Assembly: GCA_900315245.1 (NCBI GenBank)
Contig: OMYJ01000007.1
Span: 93,256 to 157,255 of the forward strand
Reading direction: 5' to 3'
DNA: 64,000 bases
Source of the DNA: an uncultured Bacteroidales bacterium
Lineage (GTDB): Bacteria > Bacteroidota > Bacteroidia > Bacteroidales > WCHB1-69
The translations under genes and the position numbers were made by a program. This document shows, in pieces, positions 53,394 to 63,720 of the stretch. The notes beneath the pieces are model-generated. The model was not told the origin of the DNA, searched no databases, and was given only the letters and a program-made list of their open reading frames with translations. Numbering within the stretch: the first letter of the stretch is position 1; each line of letters starts with the position of its first letter.

Positions 53394-53500
53394 TCATCGG
53401 AAATGCGGTTGAACAATGGGGCATTTGTGTTCCCGTTTCAGAGACGCGCCATGGCACGTCTCTACGGATGACTGCCTGACCGGAACGAACAAAAAAAAGA

Positions 53501-53950
53501 ATGACGAAAACTAATATTAAAGAAGCAGTTGTAGAAACAGGGAAATATGGTCCAGTGTACAGACAATTTGCGGGGAAGCCAAAAGAGGCTATCAAATTTC
53601 TACGTGAAAAGAAAAATGGCGAATGTATAGCAGCCCTGTACCGCAGCGACATTGGGGACATTGACATCGTTTGGGGAGAAATTACAGACCCGATCAAACA
53701 CAAAGGATATGGTTTGGCTCACATTATTGACAAGCACGAACTTGAAATCAATAAGTTGGGATTTAATGTGGAAGATTTTGTACCTATCGTCGTTCAATTT
53801 GGCAATTTCAATCTAAAGAAGTCAGACAGTCAGAAAAAAGTGTTTGAAAGCGAGACTTTCAGATTTGTTGTGGCATTGGAAAACGAACAGAATGGGAAGA
53901 TAAAGAAATGGTTGCTCTCAGCCTTTGATATATTAAAAAGACCGAAGTGA
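53501..53950 (+). CDS. Small stand-alone protein resembling the N-terminal nuclease-like domain of phage/ICE polyvalent proteins (PBECR-like; tentative)
   Basis: GPVYRQFAGKPKEAIKFLREKKNGECIAALYRSDIGDIDIVWGE...GYGLAHIIDKH resembles, from memory, a domain at the N-terminus of giant conjugative-element/phage proteins. It has its own TAnnTTTG promoter and a terminator hairpin. Confidence 0.4.
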   Translation: MTKTNIKEAVVETGKYGPVYRQFAGKPKEAIKFLREKKNGECIAALYRSDIGDIDIVWGEITDPIKHKGYGLAHIIDKHELEINKLGFNVEDFVPIVVQFGNFNLKKSDSQKKVFESETFRFVVALENEQNGKIKKWLLSAFDILKRPK

Positions 53951-54030
53951 ACCTTCGGTCTTATATTGTTCGTCACTGCCAAAAACATCGACGCTGACAG
54001 TCTTCGTTACCTGCGCTGTATGGTAAAACG
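53935..54030 (-). ncRNA. Candidate ~95-nt small RNA convergent with 53501..53950
   Basis: -7 box at 54037..54044, no ORF, and a terminator hairpin + T-run at 53962..53935 that overlaps the stop codon of the opposite gene. Confidence 0.3.
53938..53962. terminator. Bidirectional terminator hairpin at the end of 53501..53950
   Basis: AAGACCGAAG-TGAAC-CTTCGGTCTT. The minus-strand version is followed by a T-run. Confidence 0.65.
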
Positions 54031-54036
54031 ACACCG

Positions 54037-54044
54037 CAAAGATA
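54037..54044 (-). promoter_or_regulatory. -7 box (TATCTTTG) pointing into the 3' end of the plus-strand gene 53501..53950
   Basis: Extended CCGCAAAGATACA context. No CDS lies downstream on that strand. Confidence 0.45.
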
Positions 54045-54152
54045 CACTTTTTTAATGTCCACACAATATTCGATATTTTTTTTATAAACCGAAAAGGCAC
54101 GTTTTGTCAACCAACGCACCATCTATCGTTCCAATCATCGTCATTCATCGCT

Positions 54153-54722
54153 TCATCGCATCATCGACACTTCCGTGAGCCCGCCTTTGTTGCCGACCAC
54201 GAACAGCGTCGGGGCGTTGCTGCCGTGTACGAAGTTGTCGAGGTAGAGCGGTTCCCCGATGACGAAACAAGAACAGGAGAAGGAGTCGCCGGGCTTGAGC
54301 TTGGAATTCTCGCTTTCCATCACCATGAAACTCCCTTCGCCGAGGTGACGCAGCAGCACACGGCGGTCAGGAGACCACGCGATGCGCACGAGACCTTCCT
54401 CAGGGATCTCTTCGGGATGCAGGGCGCGGCCGAGCACCAGGTTCGAGGATTCGCCCATGCGGTTGTGGTTGGTCAGGAAGTCCTCCCAGTCGCGGAAACC
54501 CACGCAACGGGCGAGGACCGAGAGGGTGGAGTAGCGGGTGGTGTCGTAGCCCTCCACATAACCCCAGATGCGCTTGAGGGTGGTCACGCCGAGCGTTTCT
54601 TTGCAACGCTCCTGGATCACGCCGGTCAGGAATTGGAAGTCAGCCGGGGTTTTCATCTTGCGCGACACGGACTCCTCTACCATTTCGCGAAGTTGCAGGA
54701 TTTCGGTTTCGTTGGGTTTCAT
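54153..54722 (-). CDS. Hypothetical protein
   Basis: 189-aa ORF with a TAnnTTTG box 20 nt upstream. No family recognised. Confidence 0.55.
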   Translation of the reverse strand: MKPNETEILQLREMVEESVSRKMKTPADFQFLTGVIQERCKETLGVTTLKRIWGYVEGYDTTRYSTLSVLARCVGFRDWEDFLTNHNRMGESSNLVLGRALHPEEIPEEGLVRIAWSPDRRVLLRHLGEGSFMVMESENSKLKPGDSFSCSCFVIGEPLYLDNFVHGSNAPTLFVVGNKGGLTEVSMMR

Positions 54723-54741
54723 AAAGGGAATTTTAGACGCG

Positions 54742-54749
54742 CAAAATTA
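54742..54749 (-). promoter_or_regulatory. -7 box (TAATTTTG)
   Basis: 20 nt upstream of ATG 54722. Confidence 0.5.
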
Positions 54750-54785
54750 TAAAATTCGGAAATCTGTTGACGGTCCGATTTGGTC

Positions 54786-55793
54786 CTAATGCTGGCCCTC
54801 CGTTGTAGGATGTTTCCTCATTGTGAACCCTCCGTCCTCTTCCGCAACAATAAACCACGCCTCCAGTTCCGGATGCTGCTTCACGATTTGTTCGGACTTT
54901 TCGTGGCCGAGTACCATGAAGGCGGTGGCGTAGGCGTCGGCGGTGGCGCAGTCGGGGGCGACAACCGTGACGCTCAGCAGGTTGGTGCGCTCGGGCTGGC
55001 CGGTGCGCGGGTCGAGGATGTGGGTGTAGCGCACACCGCCCTCCTCGAAGTAGTTGCGGTAGTTGCCGCTCGTGGCCACGGCCCGACGGTCGGGCAGGGG
55101 AATCGTTTCGAAGCTCTCACGCGCCCCGTCGGCTGTCTTGGTCGGCACCTGGATGCCCACCTTCCAGGGCTTGCCGTTCTTGGTGCCGCGGGCCGCCACC
55201 TCGCCGCCAATCTCGACGAGACAGTCCGTGTAGCCGTTTTCCACCAACCAGTCGGCCACACGATCAACAGCATAGCCCTTCGCCACGGCATTGAAGTTCA
55301 GCTGCACGCGCGGGTCTTTCCGAAGGATGCTGTCCCCTTGGATGTCAACAAGTTGGAAACCGACGAACTCGCGAATCGCTGCGAGCGTGTCGTCACCAAC
55401 CGTGTGGCGCACGCCGTCCTTGCCGAAGCCCCACAGCTGCACCAGCGGCTGCACGGTGCAGTCGAACGCGCCGTCGGTGACTGCACTCACACTCTTGGAA
55501 AGCCGCAGCACGTACAGGAAGTCTTCGTTCAACTTGACATCTTCCCCCTTGTTCCAGTGGTATATGATGGAGGTGGTGTCGAAAATGGAGAAGGTGTGTG
55601 ACAAATCCGCCAACAGCGAGTCGATTTGCGGACGCAATATTCTGCTTTCATCCGAAGCGCTGTTGCCGATGCAGTTGATGGAGTACATTGTTCCAAAAGC
55701 CTGACCTTCAAAGTGAATGACAGATTTCTGATGACAGGAACACATCGTCAGTGTCAGGCAGGACAACAATATGTATATGAAATTTTTTTTCAT
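54786..55793 (-). CDS. apbE: FAD:protein FMN transferase (ApbE)
   Basis: Lipoprotein signal from ATG 55793 (MKKNFIYILLSCLTLTMCSC). SGNYRNYFEEGGVRYTHILDPRTGQP. ADAYATAFMVLG. ATGA overlap with the upstream ORF. Confidence 0.9.
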   Translation of the reverse strand: MKKNFIYILLSCLTLTMCSCHQKSVIHFEGQAFGTMYSINCIGNSASDESRILRPQIDSLLADLSHTFSIFDTTSIIYHWNKGEDVKLNEDFLYVLRLSKSVSAVTDGAFDCTVQPLVQLWGFGKDGVRHTVGDDTLAAIREFVGFQLVDIQGDSILRKDPRVQLNFNAVAKGYAVDRVADWLVENGYTDCLVEIGGEVAARGTKNGKPWKVGIQVPTKTADGARESFETIPLPDRRAVATSGNYRNYFEEGGVRYTHILDPRTGQPERTNLLSVTVVAPDCATADAYATAFMVLGHEKSEQIVKQHPELEAWFIVAEEDGGFTMRKHPTTEGQH

Positions 55794-57250
55794 TTCGAGG
55801 ATTTTTGTGAAATAAGACAAATGGAAGGTGGAATGGCGATCAATAGCAGGCAGAAAATGATTAGTAGGTATGCTAACGGATTTTGTCGGTGCTGATATTC
55901 GATAAGTTGGGATTGATACAGTTTTTCCGGCGCCATTGCGTTGATGCGCTCCAAACGCTCACTGGACAGACACCGTAGCACAAGTTGGTGCGAGCCGGTA
56001 GGGACATCTTCGGAAAAGACAATGTCCAGTCGGCTTGAGGTGGTGTTGGAGTCCAAAGTGAATGTTTTGTCCTCCCGCTCTGTTCCATTAAAAAACAGTT
56101 GGAAATCAGATTCTTGAATGTTGTTGAAGGAAAGTTGGAAGAGTGCGGTGGCATTGTTTCGACGAGCTTCTTTGTTCATGAAATCCTCCAAACGGATGTG
56201 GAGCGTGTCGGGCCGGTTGGCTTTCCAGAACAGAAACGTGGGGTAATGTTGTATTTGAAGTTCGGAAAACCATCTGAGCGGAAGATAAAGGATTCGTTCG
56301 GGCTTGTTCACCACACGGACATGGATGCTGTCGGTGACGAGCCAAAGGTCGTGGGTGTCCGCTTTTATTCGGATGTCAAAGTGGTATTCGTTCCTGCCTG
56401 ACAAGCTGTCCTCAATGGTTTTGGGGAATTTGGGCATGATGTTGATACTGCCGTAGCTGTTTGCAAGCTGGATTTTGTTTTGCACATGGAAGAGAGGGTC
56501 ATCCGTGTTTGCGGAAAAGGTGAACGGGCCGTCGATGGAGAAATGAATCTCTTGCCTTGATGAAATGCCAAAGGGCCAGCTGTTACGGCTGTTGTCCTGC
56601 ATGTCTTGCAGGTTCACCACGATTTCGCGTGGCATAAAGGCACATACGGGTTTTGGCTTCCGCCCTTTTGATTCAAGGAGAAAGACATCCGGACAACAAT
56701 TGATAGCTTCTACAACAGACTCGTTGTATGCGTTTTGGGAGAGCATGATGTAGAAGACATGGACGTTTTCGGGCTTCATGACGCACCAGTTTCGGATAAA
56801 ACGGCAGAGCGCTTCCGCATCGCTTGTTTGAACGGGACTGTTCGTCAAAATGTAGATGAAATTGTCTTTTTTGTTGTCAATATGTTTTACCGCTTCCTTT
56901 ATGGCGTTGTAATGATTCGCTTGTTCCTTTTTCCGCATCAATCGTCCCATTTCGTTTTCCACCTTGCTGACAAACCCATTTAGTTGATTTTCAGTCTGTT
57001 CGTTGGCGTTGAAAGAGATGGAGGGGGAAGTTTCTTCTTGGAAGGGGATGAAGGTCACTTTCCCCTCATGTTGATTCTGGATGTCGTGCTCAAGCCATTT
57101 CAGGGTGTTTTTCCAAAGGCTTTGGGTGTTGTTCATGGCGGAGCTTGCGTCAACCATGTAAATGAGGTTGCGTTCGCGCTGCGCATGAAGGATCATAGCG
57201 GAGAATATACAGCAGAAGAGGACTAATATTTTGACAATGAGGTGCTTCAA
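55790..57250 (-). CDS. Hypothetical exported protein with a C-terminal TM anchor (possible vWA-like N-domain)
   Basis: Signal-like N-terminus (TTG start). LIYMVDASSAMNN weakly resembles a MIDAS motif. C-terminal TM YLLIIFCLLLIAIPPSICLI. Confidence 0.55.
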   Translation of the reverse strand: MKHLIVKILVLFCCIFSAMILHAQRERNLIYMVDASSAMNNTQSLWKNTLKWLEHDIQNQHEGKVTFIPFQEETSPSISFNANEQTENQLNGFVSKVENEMGRLMRKKEQANHYNAIKEAVKHIDNKKDNFIYILTNSPVQTSDAEALCRFIRNWCVMKPENVHVFYIMLSQNAYNESVVEAINCCPDVFLLESKGRKPKPVCAFMPREIVVNLQDMQDNSRNSWPFGISSRQEIHFSIDGPFTFSANTDDPLFHVQNKIQLANSYGSINIMPKFPKTIEDSLSGRNEYHFDIRIKADTHDLWLVTDSIHVRVVNKPERILYLPLRWFSELQIQHYPTFLFWKANRPDTLHIRLEDFMNKEARRNNATALFQLSFNNIQESDFQLFFNGTEREDKTFTLDSNTTSSRLDIVFSEDVPTGSHQLVLRCLSSERLERINAMAPEKLYQSQLIEYQHRQNPLAYLLIIFCLLLIAIPPSICLISQKSSK

Positions 57251-57279
57251 AACGATAGACAGATCTTTTTTTTATGCCG

Positions 57280-57287
57280 CAAATGTA
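57280..57287 (-). promoter_or_regulatory. -7 box (TACATTTG)
   Basis: 30 nt upstream of the TTG start at 57250. Confidence 0.5.
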
Positions 57288-57339
57288 CGAAATAAACCAA
57301 AAGGTTTGATAACAGTCATTCTATATCCGATGAAAAATG

Positions 57340-57347
57340 TACTTTTG
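57340..57347 (+). promoter_or_regulatory. -7 box (TACTTTTG)
   Basis: 28 nt upstream of ATG 57375. Divergent from the 57280 box. Confidence 0.55.
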
Positions 57348-57374
57348 CACGCGAATTTGATTCGAATCTTGTTT

Positions 57375-57926
57375 ATGAAAAAGATAATTTTTACCGTGTT
57401 GTTTTGTGTAGCTTTGGTTGCCGGTTATGCGCAGACGCAGCCGATGAAGTTTTTGGGTGTCAGCATGAACAGCACAATGTCCACATTCGTTTCCAAACTC
57501 AAGGGCAAGGGTTTCGTGGAGGATGTCAGCCATACAAAACCCAATTATACTGTGATGAAAGGCACTTTCGCGGGCGAGCGCGTGAAAGTGGAAATCCGTT
57601 CTGCCGCCAAGACCCACCTCATCTACAAGGTGGATGTCTATTTCAATATGAGCACCCAGTTCACTTATCCGGATTTGCAGGACCGCCTCAGTGGCAAGTA
57701 CGGAGAAATCACGCAGGAGGTTAATAATATTAAAGGGGAGCCGGTTTATGTGAAATACACTTCCGACTACTCCAAATGGCAGACCGACACCGACACGCTG
57801 ACCCAAGGATTTAACACGATCATCCTTTCCAAATGCAGCTATCACAGCACCTCACCAGTGGTAATATCCTATATTGACGGGAAAAATTCCAAGGTGGAGG
57901 CGTTGGAGGTTAATTCGGATTTTTAA
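57375..57926 (+). CDS. Secreted hypothetical protein
   Basis: ATG 57375 gives MKKIIFTVLFCVALVAGYAQ. TAnnTTTG box at 57340..57347. Confidence 0.6.
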   Translation: MKKIIFTVLFCVALVAGYAQTQPMKFLGVSMNSTMSTFVSKLKGKGFVEDVSHTKPNYTVMKGTFAGERVKVEIRSAAKTHLIYKVDVYFNMSTQFTYPDLQDRLSGKYGEITQEVNNIKGEPVYVKYTSDYSKWQTDTDTLTQGFNTIILSKCSYHSTSPVVISYIDGKNSKVEALEVNSDF

Positions 57927-57982
57927 TGGTTATGGGTTATAGGTTATTGATGTGTTCGCTGGCGAGAAGCAGAACCTTGAAC

Positions 57983-59473
57983 CTAAAACAGCAGATACAA
58001 ATTCACGGGCAGCAAATTCCTTCCTTTCTCCATGGCATCGCAGCTGAGGGAGAAGATGCGCATCTCCTTTCCAAAATGTGAAGATTTCCCTTTTTCAGAG
58101 AGCTGTGATGGCCAATAAGGGTCTGCATCTTCATGTAAAATCACATAATTGAATATGGAAGACGATGCAACAGCTTCGTTGACAAAACCATAGTAGCGGT
58201 TTTTACTCAAGTCTTCATTGCTCTTGAAACTTTTCAGGTAGGCAGTTGCCGCTTCTGAAGAGGGGGCGAAGACGAGGGCGCGGTCATTGGCGACCACCCA
58301 ACTCATGCTGTCTGGCATCAGCACTGGCATCATGGGTGCAAGCATATAAGGCAGCGGATAAATGCCATTGGGATACGCGTTTCGTACGGAGTCGCCACAA
58401 TTGGTGTTCGAGTACAATAAGCCGAGGAAATCGTTTGTGGAATCGGGAAGAAGGACGAAATATTGGTATTTGTTTGTGTCTGCGCAGAGTGAAAAACAAC
58501 CGGCATGCGTGGGGGCAAGTTTGTTTAAGGTGGCCTTTTGACCCTCGTTAAGGCCCGGGGTGCGGTCAATGACATTTGCCCAGTAGGATTTGCCGTTGCA
58601 GGCCCGAGTGTACCAGCTCACAAGATTGGGGAAGACGGACAGAAAGTCTTCCATGCCGTCAGATTTGGAAACGTTGAAACGTTCACTGGTGTAACGGTCG
58701 GGATTGTCCATGAACGCATAGCCGGAAAGATACATCTCATTGCCGGAAAAGCGCAGCTGCAATGCTGTCCAACCAGTGGCTGCCAAGCCGTCTGTGATTG
58801 TTTTCACCATATCCTCTTTCAGAAAAGAGGAGAGATATTTGGTATAACTCTTCGGATTGATAATCAGCCAGTTTTGTTTGTTGTTTTTCTCCGTAAGATT
58901 ATACATCTCCTTGAACTGTTTGTCCGACAACAGATTTTTGGGATGGGAATGTTGCACGATGGCGCGTTTCAACAGCTCTATGTCGGTGGAGAAGGATATG
59001 ACATGGTTGAGAAAGACAAACTTCATGCTTTTGAAATTGGTGCCGTAGGTGTAGATTCGGTTGTTCTCAAAAGCCGTGTAATTGTTGGGGTCGATGCTGA
59101 GGGCGCGCAAAAGCCGTTTGAAAGCCGCCTTGTCGGCGTGCGTGTTGAAAAGGACACTGACTCCCTCATTGTTGGTGTGTCCTGAAACGGTGAGGTCGTA
59201 CTCGCCGTCAGGCAGCTTGCCGCGCATGGTCTCGTATGCGGGCAGCGCATCCATTGCGAAAATCTCGTTCAGGTAAGTCGCCACCTTTGCCGAACTGACC
59301 ACGAAACCGTCATTGTCGTTCAATGTGAAGATGAACGTTGCATCCGTCGGGATAGCCTCGATCAGCTCCGACTTCGATTGCCGGAAAAGGTTGTAATAGA
59401 AAAAGATGCCTACACCGGCAAGGATGACAGCAATGATGGTGAGCCAAATGAGCCATGGACGGTTTTCTTTCAT
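57983..59473 (-). CDS. Membrane-anchored hypothetical protein (DUF3352-like, tentative)
   Basis: N-terminal TM WLIWLTIIAVILAGVGIFFYY. 496 aa. Confidence 0.55.
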   Translation of the reverse strand: MKENRPWLIWLTIIAVILAGVGIFFYYNLFRQSKSELIEAIPTDATFIFTLNDNDGFVVSSAKVATYLNEIFAMDALPAYETMRGKLPDGEYDLTVSGHTNNEGVSVLFNTHADKAAFKRLLRALSIDPNNYTAFENNRIYTYGTNFKSMKFVFLNHVISFSTDIELLKRAIVQHSHPKNLLSDKQFKEMYNLTEKNNKQNWLIINPKSYTKYLSSFLKEDMVKTITDGLAATGWTALQLRFSGNEMYLSGYAFMDNPDRYTSERFNVSKSDGMEDFLSVFPNLVSWYTRACNGKSYWANVIDRTPGLNEGQKATLNKLAPTHAGCFSLCADTNKYQYFVLLPDSTNDFLGLLYSNTNCGDSVRNAYPNGIYPLPYMLAPMMPVLMPDSMSWVVANDRALVFAPSSEAATAYLKSFKSNEDLSKNRYYGFVNEAVASSSIFNYVILHEDADPYWPSQLSEKGKSSHFGKEMRIFSLSCDAMEKGRNLLPVNLYLLF

Positions 59474-59577
59474 AATGGTTATTGGTTATGGGTTATTGGT
59501 TATTGAAGCTGGTTTATAGTTTGTAGTGAGTAGTGAATAGTGAGTAGTGAGTGGTGAATAGTGAATAGTGATTGGAA
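59474..59577 (+). repeat. Leader 40-mer plus GTGAGTA/GTGAATA heptamer array
   Basis: A 40-mer identical to 32..71 directly abuts the ATG of 57983..59473. Confidence 0.9.
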
Positions 59578-59580
59578 AAT

Positions 59581-59608
59581 GTAGAGACGCAAAATTTTGC
59601 GTCTCTAC
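59581..59608 (-). terminator. Perfect 28-nt palindrome after 59618..60055
   Basis: GTAGAGACGCAAAATTTTGCGTCTCTAC, followed on the minus strand by ATTTTCC. Confidence 0.6.
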
Positions 59609-59617
59609 GGTCGGGAA

Positions 59618-60055
59618 TTATTCGTTGTCAGATTTCTCTGCGGGTTCCTCGGTCTTTTCCTCGGTTGCCGGTTCCTCTAAATCCACCAGATTGTGCTCCA
59701 CGAGGATGTTGTACCAAGAGAAGACCTTCTTCATGTTGGAAACATAGACGCGATCGCGGTCGTATTCGGGCAGAATCTCAGCGAAATAGGCCTTGATGGC
59801 GTTGCTGTCTTTCGGAATCTCCAATTTCTTGCCGTCCTCTTTGCGGTAGATGTTTTGGAAAACGGTCTGCAACGGCACTTCGTCCGTTTCAGTGAAAATA
59901 GCGATGTTGTCCAGTGCGGCCACACCGTCGCTGGAGAAGGCAGGAAAACGTTTGCCGTCATCCAACCCTTCCACGATGAAGCTGTTGGTCGTTTTAGAGA
60001 GGAACTTGAACAGGCCTCCTTTGCCTGTGATCGATAAAATCTTGCTTAAATCCAT
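59618..60055 (-). CDS. Conserved Bacteroidota protein (DUF5606-like)
   Basis: MDLSKILSITGKGGLFKFLSKT...GKRFPAF...DNIAIFTE pattern. Acidic C-terminal tail. Confidence 0.55.
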   Translation of the reverse strand: MDLSKILSITGKGGLFKFLSKTTNSFIVEGLDDGKRFPAFSSDGVAALDNIAIFTETDEVPLQTVFQNIYRKEDGKKLEIPKDSNAIKAYFAEILPEYDRDRVYVSNMKKVFSWYNILVEHNLVDLEEPATEEKTEEPAEKSDNE

Positions 60056-60079
60056 CTTTTTTAAGTTTATAGGTTAATT

Positions 60080-60117
60080 ACTTCGTGTTTTTTACTTCGT
60101 GTTTTTTACTTCGTGTT
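60080..60117 (+). repeat. 14-nt tandem repeat ACTTCGTGTTTTTT (2.7 copies)
   Basis: A further ACTTCGTGTT follows the 18-mer array at ~60248. Confidence 0.8.
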
Positions 60118-60120
60118 AGT

Positions 60121-60246
60121 TAGCCTTCGGCTGTTGATTAGCCTTCGGCTGTTGATTAGCCTTCGGCTGTTGATTAGCCTTCGGCTGTTGATTAGCCTTC
60201 GGCTGTTGATTAGCCTTCGGCTGTTGGATAGCCTTCGGCTGTTGAT
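60121..60246 (+). repeat. 18-nt tandem repeat x7 (TAGCCTTCGGCTGTTGAT)
   Basis: Seven head-to-tail units, six identical and one with a single substitution. Each contains the mini-hairpin AGCC-TTC-GGCT. Confidence 0.95.
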
Positions 60247-60261
60247 TACTTCGTGTTGGGC

Positions 60262-60333
60262 AATCCCCGTCAGGGGATCCATATCTGTAGAACGGTGCAT
60301 CCACGCGGTTTTAAAATCCCCGTAGGGGATACA
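60262..60333 (+). repeat. Solo copy of the hairpin pair found in the alpha repeat
   Basis: AATCCCCGTCAGGGGATCCATATCTGTAGAACGGTGCATCCACGCGGTTTTAAAATCCCCGTAGGGGAT parallels 16537..16610. Confidence 0.7.
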
Positions 60334-60335
60334 TG

Positions 60336-61244
60336 TTAATAATAAGAGAACGTCCGTTTTTTGATATAGACGATTTGTCCATCAACGGCGCAGACCTCGG
60401 TCTGCCAGTTTTTGTGGGTGTCGTAGTCGAAGAAGTAGTGGAATTCCTTGACGTGGTGCAGTTTGTCCTCGTAAATGACCTTGCGCACGCGGCCGTCCTG
60501 GGCGTATTCCGTGTAGGTGTATTCAATCATCTGGTTGCCGGCCTTATAGACGCAGCGGTTGACTTCGTCGCCGTAGTTGTCGTACTCCATTTTTGCGGTC
60601 TTGAAGACCTTGCCGTTGGGTTCGTATTCTATGATTTCCGTCACCAGCCCTTGCTCGTTGTACTTGTTCTCCAGCGTGGTCTTATACCTGCCGAACGACT
60701 GTACGGTTCGAATGGCGTTGCCGATACCGTCGGTGGTGTGACTGAACGACATCACCATACTGTCGCCTTGGAAAATCTGTTCGCCCACGAGAAACCCGTT
60801 ACGGTCGTAGGTGTAGTTCCCGTGCGTAACCTGCGCCCCGTCAGCGTCATACTCTTCCCATCCTGTGATGTGCGCTTCCTTGTCGTACGTGTAGTTGCGG
60901 CGAAGGATCGTGTCGGATTCGGAGAGCTTGATGAACTCCATCAACCATCCGTCAGAGGTGTAGCGTTGAATGGAGCTGGCACGGTCGGAAACCCCGCATG
61001 TTGAATCGCAAACGGCCATCAGTCTCTTCAGGTCCGCTGTGTCCTTCACGGGTATGGAATCCCGCTGCACATAAAAGGTCGCAGTTCCCAACTCCTTGAC
61101 ATTCCCGAATATATGGTTCCTTTGCAGGTGGTTCTTCTCAATGTCGGGGGTAATGACGATAGGGGCGGGCTTCTTGCGGCAGCCGGAAAGGCACGCAACG
61201 AGCGTTAGGATCAATATCGTTATGGTTGGAGTACGCATTATCAT
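60336..61244 (-). CDS. Lipoprotein, function unknown
   Basis: Lipobox LVACLSGC. 302 aa. Confidence 0.6.
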   Translation of the reverse strand: MIMRTPTITILILTLVACLSGCRKKPAPIVITPDIEKNHLQRNHIFGNVKELGTATFYVQRDSIPVKDTADLKRLMAVCDSTCGVSDRASSIQRYTSDGWLMEFIKLSESDTILRRNYTYDKEAHITGWEEYDADGAQVTHGNYTYDRNGFLVGEQIFQGDSMVMSFSHTTDGIGNAIRTVQSFGRYKTTLENKYNEQGLVTEIIEYEPNGKVFKTAKMEYDNYGDEVNRCVYKAGNQMIEYTYTEYAQDGRVRKVIYEDKLHHVKEFHYFFDYDTHKNWQTEVCAVDGQIVYIKKRTFSYY

Positions 61245-61246
61245 TT

Positions 61247-61278
61247 TAGTGATCAGTGAATAGTGATCAGTGATCAGG
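61247..61278 (+). repeat. GTGATCA/GTGAATA heptamer array
   Basis: TAGTGATCAGTGAATAGTGATCAGTGATCAGG. Confidence 0.8.
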
Positions 61279-61654
61279 ATTTGGGGTTCGATGTTGATTG
61301 TTTGGTTAGTTTTGTATTGAGATAACTGATATATCCTGATAAAATTTTTCTAACCGTAATAAGTTGCTCGAATATGTCATTATTTGATTTAATGTAATCA
61401 AGTTCAGCAGAAATCAGCAATTGAGTTTCTAATTCAGCTAATGAACCTTGGGAAATAAGGCAAAAACGTAAAAGTTCCTTGTCGCTGTTTCGTCCCGCAC
61501 CTTCTGCAATGTTAGAAGGAATAGACACCGCAGTCCTTCTCATCTGAGAACAAATTCCGAATTGTTCATAAGACGGATATGATTTCAGTAAAAGATAAAC
61601 TTCCTTTACCAATTTCATACTCTCTTTCCAAACCGCCAAATCCTTATGATTCAT
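61274..61654 (-). CDS. Four-helix-bundle protein (23S rRNA intervening-sequence / Avd-like family)
   Basis: LAVWKESMKLVKEVY...RRTAVSIPSNIAEGAGRNSDKELLRFCLISQGSLAELETQL is the canonical TIGR02436 pattern. Confidence 0.85.
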   Translation of the reverse strand: MNHKDLAVWKESMKLVKEVYLLLKSYPSYEQFGICSQMRRTAVSIPSNIAEGAGRNSDKELLRFCLISQGSLAELETQLLISAELDYIKSNNDIFEQLITVRKILSGYISYLNTKLTKQSTSNPKS

Positions 61655-61680
61655 AGTAACACGCTAAATCGTCACAACCA

Positions 61681-61712
61681 ACTGCTCACTGCTCACTGTT
61701 CACTGTTCACTG
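61681..61712 (+). repeat. CTCACTG/TTCACTG heptamer array
   Basis: ACTGCTCACTGCTCACTGTTCACTGTTCACTG. Confidence 0.8.
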
Positions 61713-63710
<1,998 letters not shown>

Positions 63711-63720
63711 ATCTTTTGGT

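Larger units (their letters stand above)
53195..54165 (+). repeat. Two TTCATCG(C/T) octamer arrays flanking the 53501..53950 gene
   Basis: Arrays lie at ~53195..53254 and ~54121..54165. The sequence between them is not repetitive. Confidence 0.6.

Noticed and set aside
60121-60246. Regular 18-nt repeats and the heptamer arrays as possible CRISPR arrays
   Set aside because: The repeats are directly head-to-tail with no unique spacers, the units are far shorter than CRISPR repeats, and no cas genes are present.
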